64,000 nucleotides of DNA from NCBI RefSeq assembly GCF_001677475.2, contig NZ_CP015229.1; one strand, 5' to 3'. Of this stretch, positions 22,500-34,136 are shown in pieces. Position numbers and translations under genes: made by a program. Position 1 is the first letter of the stretch, and the number at the start of each line of letters is the position of its first letter. Under the pieces are notes generated by a model. It was not told the origin of the DNA. It searched no databases and saw only the letters and a list, made by a program, of their open reading frames with translations. The stretch is from Escherichia coli (GTDB taxonomy: Bacteria; Pseudomonadota; Gammaproteobacteria; Enterobacterales; Enterobacteriaceae).

Positions 22500-23246
22500 T
22501 TATTTATTCCCCATAATGATATTAAGCGTTTTCTGATCGGGCAACCCCACGGCCTGTTGCAGCGTATTTTCCTTACTCATGTAATAGATAGCTGGTGTGA
22601 CATTTGCCCCCAGATCGTCCATGAGTTTTTCGTTGTCGCTTAACACTTTCATTTGCTCTGTACTTACGTTTGCAGGCACGTTTAGCTTAAGCTTGCCACC
22701 AGAGGATTCATATTCTTGCCAGGTTTTTGCGGGATCTTTGGAGGCAAGAATTGCCGCTGCTGTAGCCGGGCTTTCTGGCTTGATAACCCCAACCAACAAT
22801 GTTCTTAATTGCACTTTGCCAGAATCTACCCACGGGCGCGCCTGCTGCCAGAACTGTTTACAATATGGGCAGAACGGATCGGCGAAGACGTAGACAATGA
22901 CCGGCGCATCTTTTTTACCGTCGAGGAGCCAGTGGGATTGTTCCATCCGTTGCCACATTTCGCGTCCGGCTGGTGCGTAAATTTCTTTTTCGATAAGTGT
23001 GTTACTCAGGTTTTCACCTTTCTCGTTGTACATGTAACCGGATATGGCGTGCTTACCATCTGGAGTCAGGTAGATGGTGACGCCCATATCCTGATACTTT
23101 CCGAGATAACCTTTCATTCCTCCGGGGGCATCGAACGTTTTGATGATTGTAATGCCCTGTTTTTCAATCGCTTTTACTGGGGCAGGAAGTTCCTCTGCGA
23201 AGGCGATTGCTGGAAGCAGAGCCAGTAAAAGTATCTTTTTTAACAT
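22500..23246 (-). CDS. dsbG: Periplasmic thiol:disulfide interchange protein
   Basis: Trimmed to ATG at 23246 ([11 protein letters not shown]...); signal peptide; CPYC active site. Confidence 0.9.
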   Translation of the reverse strand: MLKKILLLALLPAIAFAEELPAPVKAIEKQGITIIKTFDAPGGMKGYLGKYQDMGVTIYLTPDGKHAISGYMYNEKGENLSNTLIEKEIYAPAGREMWQRMEQSHWLLDGKKDAPVIVYVFADPFCPYCKQFWQQARPWVDSGKVQLRTLLVGVIKPESPATAAAILASKDPAKTWQEYESSGGKLKLNVPANVSTEQMKVLSDNEKLMDDLGANVTPAIYYMSKENTLQQAVGLPDQKTLNIIMGNK

Positions 23247-23617
23247 TAATTTGTCCTTTTCAGTCAGTGCAAAAGTCGAGTAAAAGGCATAACCTATCAC
23301 TGTCATAGGTAAGAGCTTAGATCAGGTGATTGCCCTTTGTTTATGAGGGTGTTGTAATCCATGTCGTTGTTGCATTTGTAAGGGCAACACCTCAGCCTGC
23401 AGGCAGGCGCTGAAGATACCAAAGGGTAGTTCAGATTACACGGTCACCTGGAAAGGGGGCCATTTTACTTTTTATCGCCGCTGGCGGTGCAAAGTTCACA
23501 AAGTTGTCTTACGAAGGTTGTAAGGTAAAACTTATCGATTTGATAATGGAAACGCATTAGCCGAATCGGCAAAAATTGGTTACCTTACATCTCATCGAAA
23601 ACACGGAGGAAGTATAG

Positions 23618-24181
23618 ATGTCCTTGATTAACACCAAAATTAAACCTTTTAAAAACCAGGCATTCAAAAACGGCGAATTCATCGAAATCACCGAAAAAGA
23701 TACCGAAGGCCGCTGGAGCGTCTTCTTCTTCTACCCGGCTGACTTTACTTTCGTATGCCCGACCGAACTGGGTGACGTTGCTGACCACTACGAAGAACTG
23801 CAGAAACTGGGCGTAGACGTATACGCAGTATCTACCGATACTCACTTCACCCACAAAGCATGGCACAGCAGCTCTGAAACCATCGCTAAAATCAAATATG
23901 CGATGATCGGCGACCCGACTGGCGCCCTGACCCGTAACTTCGACAACATGCGTGAAGATGAAGGTCTGGCTGACCGTGCGACCTTCGTTGTTGACCCGCA
24001 GGGTATCATCCAGGCAATCGAAGTTACCGCTGAAGGCATTGGCCGTGACGCGTCTGACCTGCTGCGTAAAATCAAAGCAGCACAGTACGTAGCTTCTCAC
24101 CCAGGTGAAGTTTGCCCGGCTAAATGGAAAGAAGGTGAAGCAACTCTGGCTCCGTCTCTGGACCTGGTTGGTAAAATCTAA
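23618..24181 (+). CDS. ahpC: Alkyl hydroperoxide reductase, peroxiredoxin subunit C
   Basis: 187 aa; peroxidatic cysteine motif FTFVCPTEL. Confidence 0.97.
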   Translation: MSLINTKIKPFKNQAFKNGEFIEITEKDTEGRWSVFFFYPADFTFVCPTELGDVADHYEELQKLGVDVYAVSTDTHFTHKAWHSSSETIAKIKYAMIGDPTGALTRNFDNMREDEGLADRATFVVDPQGIIQAIEVTAEGIGRDASDLLRKIKAAQYVASHPGEVCPAKWKEGEATLAPSLDLVGKI

Positions 24182-24320
24182 ATTTCCTTCGTCTTTCACG
24201 CCATAGCGGCGTTGGCGTCGCCCGCTCACCCCGGTCACTTACTTGTGTAAGCTTCCGGGGATTCACAGGCTAGCCGCCTTGCTCTGGCGTGAAATACTTC
24301 GGAAATTCACCTAATTCTTC

Positions 24321-24345
24321 GGGTGCTGCGGCACCCGATTTTCTT
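24321..24345 (+). terminator. Intrinsic terminator/attenuator between ahpC and ahpF
   Basis: gggtgc-tgcg-gcaccc hairpin followed by gattttctt. Confidence 0.55.
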
Positions 24346-24425
24346 CCCCGCATCATGATGCAAGCTGCATCCAGGTAGCCGCAGAGGCCGCTTGCATGAT
24401 GATGTTTAAAGCCCAGGAGATAAAC

Positions 24426-25991
24426 ATGCTCGACACAAATATGAAAACTCAACTCAAGGCTTACCTTGAGAAATTGACCAAGCCTGTTGAGTTAATTGCC
24501 ACGCTGGATGACAGCGCTAAATCGGCAGAAATCAAGGAACTGTTGGCTGAAATCGCAGAACTGTCAGACAAAGTCACCTTTAAAGAAGATAACAGCTTGC
24601 CGGTGCGTAAGCCGTCTTTCCTGATCACCAACCCAGGTTCCAACCAGGGGCCACGTTTTGCAGGCTCCCCGCTGGGCCACGAGTTCACCTCGCTAGTACT
24701 GGCGTTGCTGTGGACCGGTGGTCATCCGTCGAAAGAAGCGCAGTCTCTGCTGGAGCAGATTCGCCATATTGACGGTGATTTTGAATTCGAAACCTATTAC
24801 TCGCTCTCTTGCCACAACTGCCCGGACGTGGTGCAGGCGCTGAACCTGATGAGCGTACTGAACCCGCGCATCAAGCACACTGCAATTGACGGCGGCACCT
24901 TCCAGAACGAAATCACTGATCGCAACGTGATGGGCGTTCCGGCAGTGTTCGTAAACGGGAAAGAGTTTGGTCAGGGCCGCATGACGTTGACTGAAATCGT
25001 TGCCAAAATTGATACTGGCGCGGAAAAACGTGCGGCAGAAGAGCTGAACAAGCGTGATGCTTATGACGTATTAATCGTTGGTTCCGGCCCGGCGGGTGCA
25101 GCGGCAGCGATTTACTCCGCACGTAAAGGCATCCGTACCGGCCTGATGGGCGAACGTTTCGGTGGTCAGATCCTCGATACCGTTGATATCGAAAACTACA
25201 TTTCTGTACCGAAGACCGAAGGGCAGAAACTGGCAGGTGCGCTGAAAGTTCACGTTGATGAATACGACGTTGATGTGATCGACAGCCAGAGCGCCAGCAA
25301 ACTGATCCCGGCAGCGGTTGAAGGTGGTCTGCATCAGATTGAAACAGCTTCTGGCGCGGTACTGAAAGCACGCAGCATTGTCGTGGCGACCGGTGCAAAA
25401 TGGCGCAACATGAACGTTCCGGGCGAAGATCAGTATCGCACCAAAGGCGTGACCTACTGCCCGCACTGCGACGGCCCGCTGTTTAAAGGCAAACGCGTAG
25501 CGGTTATCGGCGGCGGTAACTCCGGCGTGGAAGCAGCAATCGACCTGGCGGGTATCGTTGAGCACGTAACTCTGCTGGAATTTGCGCCAGAAATGAAAGC
25601 CGACCAGGTTCTGCAGGACAAACTGCGCAGCCTGAAAAACGTCGACATTATTCTGAATGCGCAAACCACGGAAGTGAAAGGCGACGGCAGCAAAGTCGTT
25701 GGTCTGGAATATCGAGATCGTGTCAGCGGCGATATTCACAACATCGAACTGGCCGGTATTTTCGTCCAGATTGGTCTGCTGCCGAACACCAACTGGCTGG
25801 AAGGCGCAGTCGAACGTAACCGCATGGGCGAGATTATCATTGATGCGAAATGCGAAACCAACGTCAAAGGCGTGTTCGCAGCGGGTGACTGTACAACGGT
25901 TCCGTACAAGCAGATCATCATCGCCACTGGCGAAGGTGCCAAAGCCTCTCTGAGTGCTTTTGACTACCTGATTCGCACCAAAACAGCATAA
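24426..25991 (+). CDS. ahpF: Alkyl hydroperoxide reductase, flavoprotein subunit F
   Basis: Trimmed to ATG at 24426 ([10 protein letters not shown]...), which has AGGAG upstream; redox motifs CHNCPD and CPHCDG. Confidence 0.95.
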   Translation: MLDTNMKTQLKAYLEKLTKPVELIATLDDSAKSAEIKELLAEIAELSDKVTFKEDNSLPVRKPSFLITNPGSNQGPRFAGSPLGHEFTSLVLALLWTGGHPSKEAQSLLEQIRHIDGDFEFETYYSLSCHNCPDVVQALNLMSVLNPRIKHTAIDGGTFQNEITDRNVMGVPAVFVNGKEFGQGRMTLTEIVAKIDTGAEKRAAEELNKRDAYDVLIVGSGPAGAAAAIYSARKGIRTGLMGERFGGQILDTVDIENYISVPKTEGQKLAGALKVHVDEYDVDVIDSQSASKLIPAAVEGGLHQIETASGAVLKARSIVVATGAKWRNMNVPGEDQYRTKGVTYCPHCDGPLFKGKRVAVIGGGNSGVEAAIDLAGIVEHVTLLEFAPEMKADQVLQDKLRSLKNVDIILNAQTTEVKGDGSKVVGLEYRDRVSGDIHNIELAGIFVQIGLLPNTNWLEGAVERNRMGEIIIDAKCETNVKGVFAAGDCTTVPYKQIIIATGEGAKASLSAFDYLIRTKTA

Positions 25992-26020
25992 GAAGAAGTA
26001 AGATTCACCTGCAATTGCTT

Positions 26021-26053
26021 AGCCGCCGGGGTCAAACCTGGCGGCTTTTTTAT
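26021..26053 (+). terminator. Intrinsic terminator of ahpF
   Basis: agccgcc...ggcggc hairpin followed by a T6 run. Confidence 0.6.
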
Positions 26054-26055
26054 TG

Positions 26056-26096
26056 CAATAAAAAGCCCCGCCGGGATGGCTCCGGGCAGGGCGGGA
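26056..26096 (-). terminator. Intrinsic terminator of uspG (convergent with the ahpF terminator)
   Basis: GC-rich inverted repeat cccgcc...ggcggg followed on the minus strand by a U-run (plus-strand aataaaaag). Confidence 0.5.
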
Positions 26097-26112
26097 TAAA
26101 TACTTTTATCTA

Positions 26113-26541
26113 TTAGCGAACGACCAGCACCGGCAGATTGGCGTGGCGGATAACGCTGGAGGCGTTAGAACCTAACAGATGGGTCGAAATCGATGGGTTG
26201 CGCGAACCGATAACGACAACATCAGCCCCCAGTTCTTCTGCCAACTCATTGACTTCATCCCGCACGCTACCAAAACGGACATGTTGTTTAATGCGGGAAG
26301 GATCGATGGTGAAGTGGCTGACCATCGTTTGCAGACGTTCTTCTGCTTCATGTTGCAGATGCTCTTCAAAACGACGCACATCAGCGGCAAAACGGTGCAG
26401 GCTCAGGCTGGCTGACCCCGGTAGTACGTGAAGTAGATGAATAACTCCGTCATCCTGGGCGAGGAATTCAGCGTGGCGAACAGCTTTGTCGCTCAATTCC
26501 ATTTCGAAAACATCCACTGGCATGATGATTGTTTTGTACAT
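26113..26541 (-). CDS. uspG: Universal stress protein G
   Basis: Trimmed to ATG at 26541 ([10 protein letters not shown]...), which has AGGAGAG upstream; 142 aa UspA fold. Confidence 0.9.
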   Translation of the reverse strand: MYKTIIMPVDVFEMELSDKAVRHAEFLAQDDGVIHLLHVLPGSASLSLHRFAADVRRFEEHLQHEAEERLQTMVSHFTIDPSRIKQHVRFGSVRDEVNELAEELGADVVVIGSRNPSISTHLLGSNASSVIRHANLPVLVVR

Positions 26542-26664
26542 AAGCATTCTCTCCTTGTTTTTGCATGTATACATAACAGCACATTATTGGTTATGAATCT
26601 ATAATTTGCGAGGCTGATTTGATCTGAATTTGCTATTGAGCTGGAAAATAAATAAAACCAGGCG

Positions 26665-26754
26665 CTACCAGCGTTGTTCAAGGTATAGCACTGCAGCAAC
26701 AATAATTGCTGCTATGAATATATAAAATGCAGTGATACCGAGAGCTTCGCTCAT
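26665..26754 (-). CDS. Hypothetical 29-aa hydrophobic small protein (unverified)
   Basis: ATG-to-TAG ORF MSEALGITAFYIFIAAIIVAAVLYLEQRW, one predicted transmembrane helix; weak GGAA upstream. Could be a chance ORF. Confidence 0.15.
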   Translation of the reverse strand: MSEALGITAFYIFIAAIIVAAVLYLEQRW

Positions 26755-26896
26755 ATGAGGTTCCGCAGATGAATAACCAGTTCAGATTAGAATGCTGCGC
26801 TTAAGAGCAAAATGATAAATCTGGTTGATATTTGAGCGGAAAGAGGATGCGAGTGCATCCTCTGGGCAAAGCGAGTTATCGCTTGTGCAGATGGGA

Positions 26897-27307
26897 TTAA
26901 AGCAGGTAGTCGCCAGCAGCTTCTGGCTGGTATTCGAGTTCCAGCACTTCAAGGTGGGTTGCAACGCCGCCCGGAAGTTCCCAGTGAATGGAATCGCCAA
27001 CGCGCAGTCCCAGCAGTGCGGCACCTACCGGAGCCATAACGGAAAGCTGAGTATTGCTATCGGTCATTTTTGCCGGATACACCAGCGTGCGCACACGCAC
27101 TTCGCCATCGCTAAGATTGCGGAATTTAACCCGGCTGTTCATTGTCACCACGTCGTGTGGCATCTGTTCTGGCGAACACATTTGGGCGCGATCCAACTCT
27201 GCGTTTAACGCGTCGGCGATTGGCAAACCAGCATAGGCGGGTTGCTCCAGCAGAATATCGATGCGTTCGGCATCCAGGTCGTTAATGATGATAGTTGGTC
27301 TGGACAT
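26897..27307 (-). CDS. rnk: Regulator of nucleoside diphosphate kinase (GreA/GreB-like)
   Basis: ORF-track TTG-initiated frame trimmed to ATG at 27307 ([10 protein letters not shown]...); 136 aa. Confidence 0.9.
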   Translation of the reverse strand: MSRPTIIINDLDAERIDILLEQPAYAGLPIADALNAELDRAQMCSPEQMPHDVVTMNSRVKFRNLSDGEVRVRTLVYPAKMTDSNTQLSVMAPVGAALLGLRVGDSIHWELPGGVATHLEVLELEYQPEAAGDYLL

Positions 27308-27535
27308 TTTTACTCCATGTCGTCGGTACTGCGAGTGTCGCAGTAAACATACCCAAAAGAAAACCCTCACCGTCAGGCGGCGAGGGTTTAACTCACATGA
27401 TGATACTGACTGTTGCTCACTCTTTGAAGTGATTTGCGTCACATTCAGGGAATTCCTCAATGCAGCGCATTATGTATAATTCTTAATCGTCACGGTTTAT
27501 GGAAGACGAATTAGCGTGTTTTGTAAATCAGATGA

Positions 27536-28342
27536 TTAATAACCCACTTTATCAATCAGAAAGGTTTTGCCACAGTTGCCTGGGTGTGGTTGTGGCAAGA
27601 ATGAGTTTGCAGAAAGCGGAGCGTTGATGGCGTCAGCTTTGATCGAGATCTGAATTTCAGTCAAATACGCAGGGTTACCCTGGCACGTTAGCTTAACTGC
27701 TTTCACGTTCTCTTTTCCCCAGCTTTTGGCAAAGGCGGCATCAAAGTCACGGCGGCTCACTGTTTTACCGTAGTTATCCGCTAGGAATTTTCCGGCTTCG
27801 CTCTCTTTAATTTCTTGATTCAGGCGTACCATCGTGCCGAAGTATGCGTCTGGATCAAAACCAAAGCAGGCACCGTGTTTGGCATATTCGTAGCGTTCCA
27901 GGCAGGAACGTCCGCCAGCTCCTGGCATGACTTCACTTAGTTTAGCGGCCGTTTCCAGTGATAACCCGGTTTCCGGCGATGAACACATTCGGCTGGCGCG
28001 CGCTTCTGGTAGATTCGGGATTGGGCGAGTAGCGCAACCGAAGCGCATCCAGCGGCGTTCATCAACACCACGAGCAGCAACCGATTTAGGCAATCCTGGC
28101 CACAGACCATGTACGGTCAGAAAATCAGCTTTGTTGGTCGTTTCGGTTTGCAGGCGACATTCATCTCGTTCGTTACGATTTCGATCGTGTTGACTCTGGC
28201 AAAATCCGGTTTGCCAGGAGAGGGCCAGGACATAGCGATCAAAATCGCCATACTGTTTTGCCTGCAACGCCACGGCGTTGGCAGAAGAGAAGGGAAGCAG
28301 AGAAACCGCGAGCAACGCGGCGTTACGCCAGAATGCTTTCAT
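27536..28342 (-). CDS. rna: Periplasmic ribonuclease I (RNase T2 family)
   Basis: Trimmed to ATG at 28342 (MKAFWRNAAL...); signal peptide; RNase T2 active-site motifs HGLWP and KHGAC. Confidence 0.93.
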   Translation of the reverse strand: MKAFWRNAALLAVSLLPFSSANAVALQAKQYGDFDRYVLALSWQTGFCQSQHDRNRNERDECRLQTETTNKADFLTVHGLWPGLPKSVAARGVDERRWMRFGCATRPIPNLPEARASRMCSSPETGLSLETAAKLSEVMPGAGGRSCLERYEYAKHGACFGFDPDAYFGTMVRLNQEIKESEAGKFLADNYGKTVSRRDFDAAFAKSWGKENVKAVKLTCQGNPAYLTEIQISIKADAINAPLSANSFLPQPHPGNCGKTFLIDKVGY

Positions 28343-28389
28343 AATGGGTGTGGAACTCATACATACACTGAATACTATCTATTAAATCA

Positions 28390-28424
28390 TAAAAAAGCCC
28401 GCCAGGTGGGCTTACCTGGCGGGC
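28390..28424 (-). terminator. Intrinsic terminator of citT
   Basis: gcccgccagg / cctggcgggc inverted repeat, followed on the minus strand by a U6 run. Confidence 0.65.
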
Positions 28425-28455
28425 GTGATGATTTATTCAGCGTTTGGCGAACGTA

Positions 28456-29919
28456 TTAGTTCCACATGGCGAGAATCGGCCAGCCAACCAACAGCAACAT
28501 AGAGATGTAAATCACCCCGAAGATTGCGCCAAGTCGCCAGTAATCTTTTGATTTCACATAGCCACAGCCGTAAATAATCACCCCAGGACCGGTTGCATAC
28601 GGCGTCAGACAGCCCATGATACCGATAGACAGCACCAGCAGGATACACAGTTGTTCCATTGGTACGCCCGGAATACCTTTACCGACGGCCAGAATAACCG
28701 GCAGCATGGTTGCAGTGTGCGCAGACAGGCTGGCAAACAGGTAGTGTGCAAAGTAGAACACCAGAACCAGTACAATCACCGTTGCGTTTGGTGAGAATCC
28801 TTCCAGGTGCGTACTCATGGTACCGGCGAACCAGTCAATAAAACCAGAACGAGTCAGGCCGTTAGCCATCACAACCAGAGTTGCCAGGTTGACCAGCGTG
28901 TTCCATGCGCTGTTATAGCGGGTAATGTCTTTCCACGGCACAACGTGCAGGGCCAGCATTAGCGAAACTGCCAGCAGACCAACCGCAGTAGCATTAATGA
29001 CTTCACTGCCAAATACCCACAAACCTAAGCTGAGCAATACAAGGCCAATCAGCGTCCACTCTCTGCGTGTCAGCGCACCCATGGTTTTTAGTTCATCACC
29101 CGCCCAGGTTGCCACTTCTTCACTGTGTGTGATTTCCGGTTTGTACAACACGTAGGAAAGCCACGGCGCAATGATAAGCAAGATAACCCCAACCGGCAGG
29201 AAGCAGAGGAACCACTGCAACCAGCTAATCTGGATACCGGCAATTTTGCTGACGAACTCCAGACCCAGCACGTTTGGTGCCGCACCGGTGACAAACATGG
29301 ACGAACTCAGACTGGTACTAATGACCATCATCCACATCAAATAGCCGCCAATACGACGCGCGGACGGATCGTTCGGGAATGATTTAAACAACGGCGGCAG
29401 GTTTTTAATGACCGGAAAAACCGTACCCCCGGTACGCGCGGTGTTGGACGGTGTAAACGGTGCCAGCAGAATGTCGATAATGACAATCGCATAACCCAAC
29501 GTCAGCGTGCGTTTGCCCATGAATTTCACCAGGAAAAGGGCAATGCGACGACCTAACCCGGAAACTTCATACCCTAATGCAAAAATAAATGCGCCAAATA
29601 CCAGCCATACCGTGGTGCTGGAAAAACCAGCCAGACCCCATTTCAGCGCCTGTTTTTGCGCATTAAACGCTGGGTCAGCTAATTCTTTGGCATCAAAGAG
29701 CAGGTAATTACTGCCAATAACGCAAATAGTAACCGCAATAAAACTGATCGCTGTTGCCGGAATTGGCTCGAGGATCATGCCGACAATCATTGCCACAAAC
29801 ACAGCGAAGTAATGCCATGCCTGCGGCGGCATACCGTCGGGGACAGGGATAAGAAACATGACACCCATCACCACCAGTGGGGCCAATAGTTTCCATATAT
29901 TATCTTTTGCTAAAGACAT
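28456..29919 (-). CDS. citT: Citrate:succinate antiporter
   Basis: 487-aa polytopic membrane ORF at the distal end of the cit gene cluster. Confidence 0.93.
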   Translation of the reverse strand: MSLAKDNIWKLLAPLVVMGVMFLIPVPDGMPPQAWHYFAVFVAMIVGMILEPIPATAISFIAVTICVIGSNYLLFDAKELADPAFNAQKQALKWGLAGFSSTTVWLVFGAFIFALGYEVSGLGRRIALFLVKFMGKRTLTLGYAIVIIDILLAPFTPSNTARTGGTVFPVIKNLPPLFKSFPNDPSARRIGGYLMWMMVISTSLSSSMFVTGAAPNVLGLEFVSKIAGIQISWLQWFLCFLPVGVILLIIAPWLSYVLYKPEITHSEEVATWAGDELKTMGALTRREWTLIGLVLLSLGLWVFGSEVINATAVGLLAVSLMLALHVVPWKDITRYNSAWNTLVNLATLVVMANGLTRSGFIDWFAGTMSTHLEGFSPNATVIVLVLVFYFAHYLFASLSAHTATMLPVILAVGKGIPGVPMEQLCILLVLSIGIMGCLTPYATGPGVIIYGCGYVKSKDYWRLGAIFGVIYISMLLLVGWPILAMWN

Positions 29920-29969
29920 ACGAGTTCTCCGAAAATTAATATTTCCAAATTTATCAAGTGCTTAAATAA

Positions 29970-31374
<1,405 letters not shown>

Positions 31375-31377
31375 GGC

Positions 31378-32910
31378 TTATTCCTTCACCTGATGCACAA
31401 CATCGATCACCGAGCCATCGCGGTAACGCACAACGGCAACGACGCGGTCGGTGAATTCAATCGGCTGTGGTTCACCGGTCAGCAGACGCGCACGTTCGCG
31501 CAGCCACTCAATAGAAACCACTTTGATACCTGCTTCCTGCAGACGTTCTGCCAGCTCCGGACGTGCCGGGTTAACAGCGATACCGTGGTCGGTAACCAGG
31601 ATATCGACGCTGGAACCCGGGGTGATGCAGGTCAGCACGTTATCCACCAGAGTCGGAATACGACCGCGTACCAGCGGTGCGACGATGATGGAAAGGGCGG
31701 ATGCAATCGCGGTATCGCAGTGACCGCCGGAAGCGCCACGCAGTACGCCGTCAGAGCCAGTCAGCACGTTGACGTTGAACTGGGTGTCAATTTCCAGCGC
31801 GCTCAGTACCACCACGTCGAGACGATCAACCGATGCACCTTTCGAACCCCAGTTGGCGTACTGGTTGGCGCTGATTTCGATATGATTCGGGTTACGAGCC
31901 AGCGATTGCGCAGCGTGGCTGTCAAAGCTCTGCACATCCAGCAGTTTGCGGATCAGACCTTTTTCGTGCAGGTCAACCATCGTCGCGGTAATACCGCCAA
32001 GGGCGAAGTCGGCGCGAATATCGTGGCTACGCATTTTGTCTTCCAGGAAACGGGTTACCGCCAGCGATGCGCCGCCGGTGCCGGTTTGCATGGAGAAACC
32101 TTCTTTGAAGTAGCCAGAGTTGACAATCACATCCGCAGCGCTACGGGCAATAAGCAGTTCGCGCGGGTTAGTGGTCATACGGGTTGCACCAGCGCCGATT
32201 TTTGCAGCATCGCCAACGCGATCAACTTTGACGATCAGATCAACCTGATCTTGCTCAATGCTTGCCGGATTATGCGGATAAGGCAGCAGTTCTTCGGTAA
32301 GCATCACAACCTGTTTTGCGTTGTCGGCATCAACCATTGCATAGCCGAGGGAGCCGCAGCAGGCTTTACCGGTGTAGCCGTTGGCATTACCGAATTCATC
32401 ACAGGACGGGACGCCGAGGAAAGCCACGTCGATATTCAGTTCGCCGCTCTGTACCAGATGCACACGTCCGCCGTGAGAGTGGATTTGCACCGGTTCCGCC
32501 AGCAGACCACGGGAGATCTCTTCCGCCAGTGGACCGCGCAGGCCGGAGGTATAAATGCGGGTGACCACACCCTGACGAATATGTTCTACCAGCGGTGCAT
32601 GGCAGTCGCTCAAAGAGCTGGACGCCAGGGTCAGGTTTTTAAAGCCCATCTTCGCGATGACGTCCATCACCATATTGACGGTCAGGTCACCGCCACGGAA
32701 AGCGTGGTGGAAGGAGACGGTCATGCCGTCCTTTAAACCAGAACGACGAATAGCGTCTTCCAGGTTGGCGCACAGTTTGCGATCGCGCGCTTTTTCAGCC
32801 TGGTAGGTTTGCTTTGGCGAGTTCTGGAAAGCGGCAAGATCGCATTCAGCGCGACGATTCCAGGCCGCTACCCGTTCTTGTCGTTGAGATTGTTCAATTT
32901 TCTGCGTCAT
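31378..32910 (-). CDS. citF: Citrate lyase alpha subunit
   Basis: Trimmed to ATG at 32910 (MTQKIEQSQR...); 510 aa. Confidence 0.95.
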   Translation of the reverse strand: MTQKIEQSQRQERVAAWNRRAECDLAAFQNSPKQTYQAEKARDRKLCANLEDAIRRSGLKDGMTVSFHHAFRGGDLTVNMVMDVIAKMGFKNLTLASSSLSDCHAPLVEHIRQGVVTRIYTSGLRGPLAEEISRGLLAEPVQIHSHGGRVHLVQSGELNIDVAFLGVPSCDEFGNANGYTGKACCGSLGYAMVDADNAKQVVMLTEELLPYPHNPASIEQDQVDLIVKVDRVGDAAKIGAGATRMTTNPRELLIARSAADVIVNSGYFKEGFSMQTGTGGASLAVTRFLEDKMRSHDIRADFALGGITATMVDLHEKGLIRKLLDVQSFDSHAAQSLARNPNHIEISANQYANWGSKGASVDRLDVVVLSALEIDTQFNVNVLTGSDGVLRGASGGHCDTAIASALSIIVAPLVRGRIPTLVDNVLTCITPGSSVDILVTDHGIAVNPARPELAERLQEAGIKVVSIEWLRERARLLTGEPQPIEFTDRVVAVVRYRDGSVIDVVHQVKE

Positions 32911-32920
32911 TTTGATTGCC

Positions 32921-33829
32921 TTATTCTTCGCGGATGCCGGAAAGTTCTGCGCGGGAGAGCACCAGACGGGCACGATCGATAACCGGACCGTCAACCATCT
33001 TGCCGTTCAGGGAAACCACACCGAGGCCTTCGCGAGCGGCGGCTTCAGCGGCTTCTACGACGCGGCGTGCGTGATCCACTTCTTTCTGGGTTGGTGCGTA
33101 GAGGTTGTGGAGCAGATCAATCTGACGCGGGTTGATCAGCGATTTGCCGTCAAAGCCCAGCTGTTTGATGTGGGCGGCTTCTTGCAGGAATCCGGCTTCG
33201 TTGTTGGCGTCGGAATAGACGGTATCGAACGCCTGGATACCGGCAGAGCGCGCGGCTTGCAAAATGGAGCAGCGAGCGAACAGCAGTTCCGTACCTTCCG
33301 GTGAGCGTTCAGTGCGCAGGTTACGCACGTAGTCTTCCGCGCCCAGCGCGATACCGATTAAACGTTCAGATGCGTGAGCGATTTCTACCGTGCGGGTAAT
33401 ACCCAGCGGAGATTCAATCGCCGCCAGCAGGCCGGTGCTGCCGGGTTCACGACCACAGGCTTTTTCGATACGCAGGATCTCTTTTTCGATATCCAGCACA
33501 TCCTGAGCGGTATCGGTTTTCGGCAGACGCACAACGTCCGCACCACCGCGAACGACGGCTTCCAGGTCGTTAACACCCCATTCGGAATCCAGCGCGTTTA
33601 CACGCACAATGGTTTCAATATCGCGATACAGCGGATGTTGCAGCGCGTGGTAAACCATGCGGCGGGCGGTGTCTTTTTCACGCAATGCTACGGAGTCTTC
33701 GAGGTCAAACATCAGGGCATCAGCCGGGTAGATGAAGGAGTTGCTGACCATCGCGGCATTGGCACCAGGCACAAACAACATGCTGCGGCGGGTGCGAGTT
33801 TTACGTTGTTGCAGCGAAGCGGAAATCAT
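32921..33829 (-). CDS. citE: Citrate lyase beta subunit
   Basis: Trimmed to ATG at 33829 ([10 protein letters not shown]...); 302 aa; 4-nt overlap with citD. Confidence 0.95.
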
Positions 33830-34122
33830 TGGCAATCCTCCCATGGCAGAGCCGGGATACCGCTGGCGCGTGCCAGCAGGGCTTCCAGTCGTGCACGTAA
33901 AATGCAGTCCAGTGCGCCTTTGTCATCGACATTCAGCTGTACGCCGCGCACGTTGTAGCGGGCGAGAACGTCCAGAATGGTGGTGCGAATGGCATCGCCA
34001 AACTGTTTCTCAACGCTGCTGTTGATTTGCAGGTCGATATCCTGCGTATCGAGTGGGGCGATGCGTATCATCACATCCCCAGACTCAAGGGTGCCTGCAA
34101 CGGCGGGCTGGTTTATTTTCAT
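33826..34122 (-). CDS. citD: Citrate lyase acyl carrier protein (gamma subunit)
   Basis: 98 aa. Confidence 0.93.
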
Positions 34123-34136
34123 TTTTCACCTGTTTC

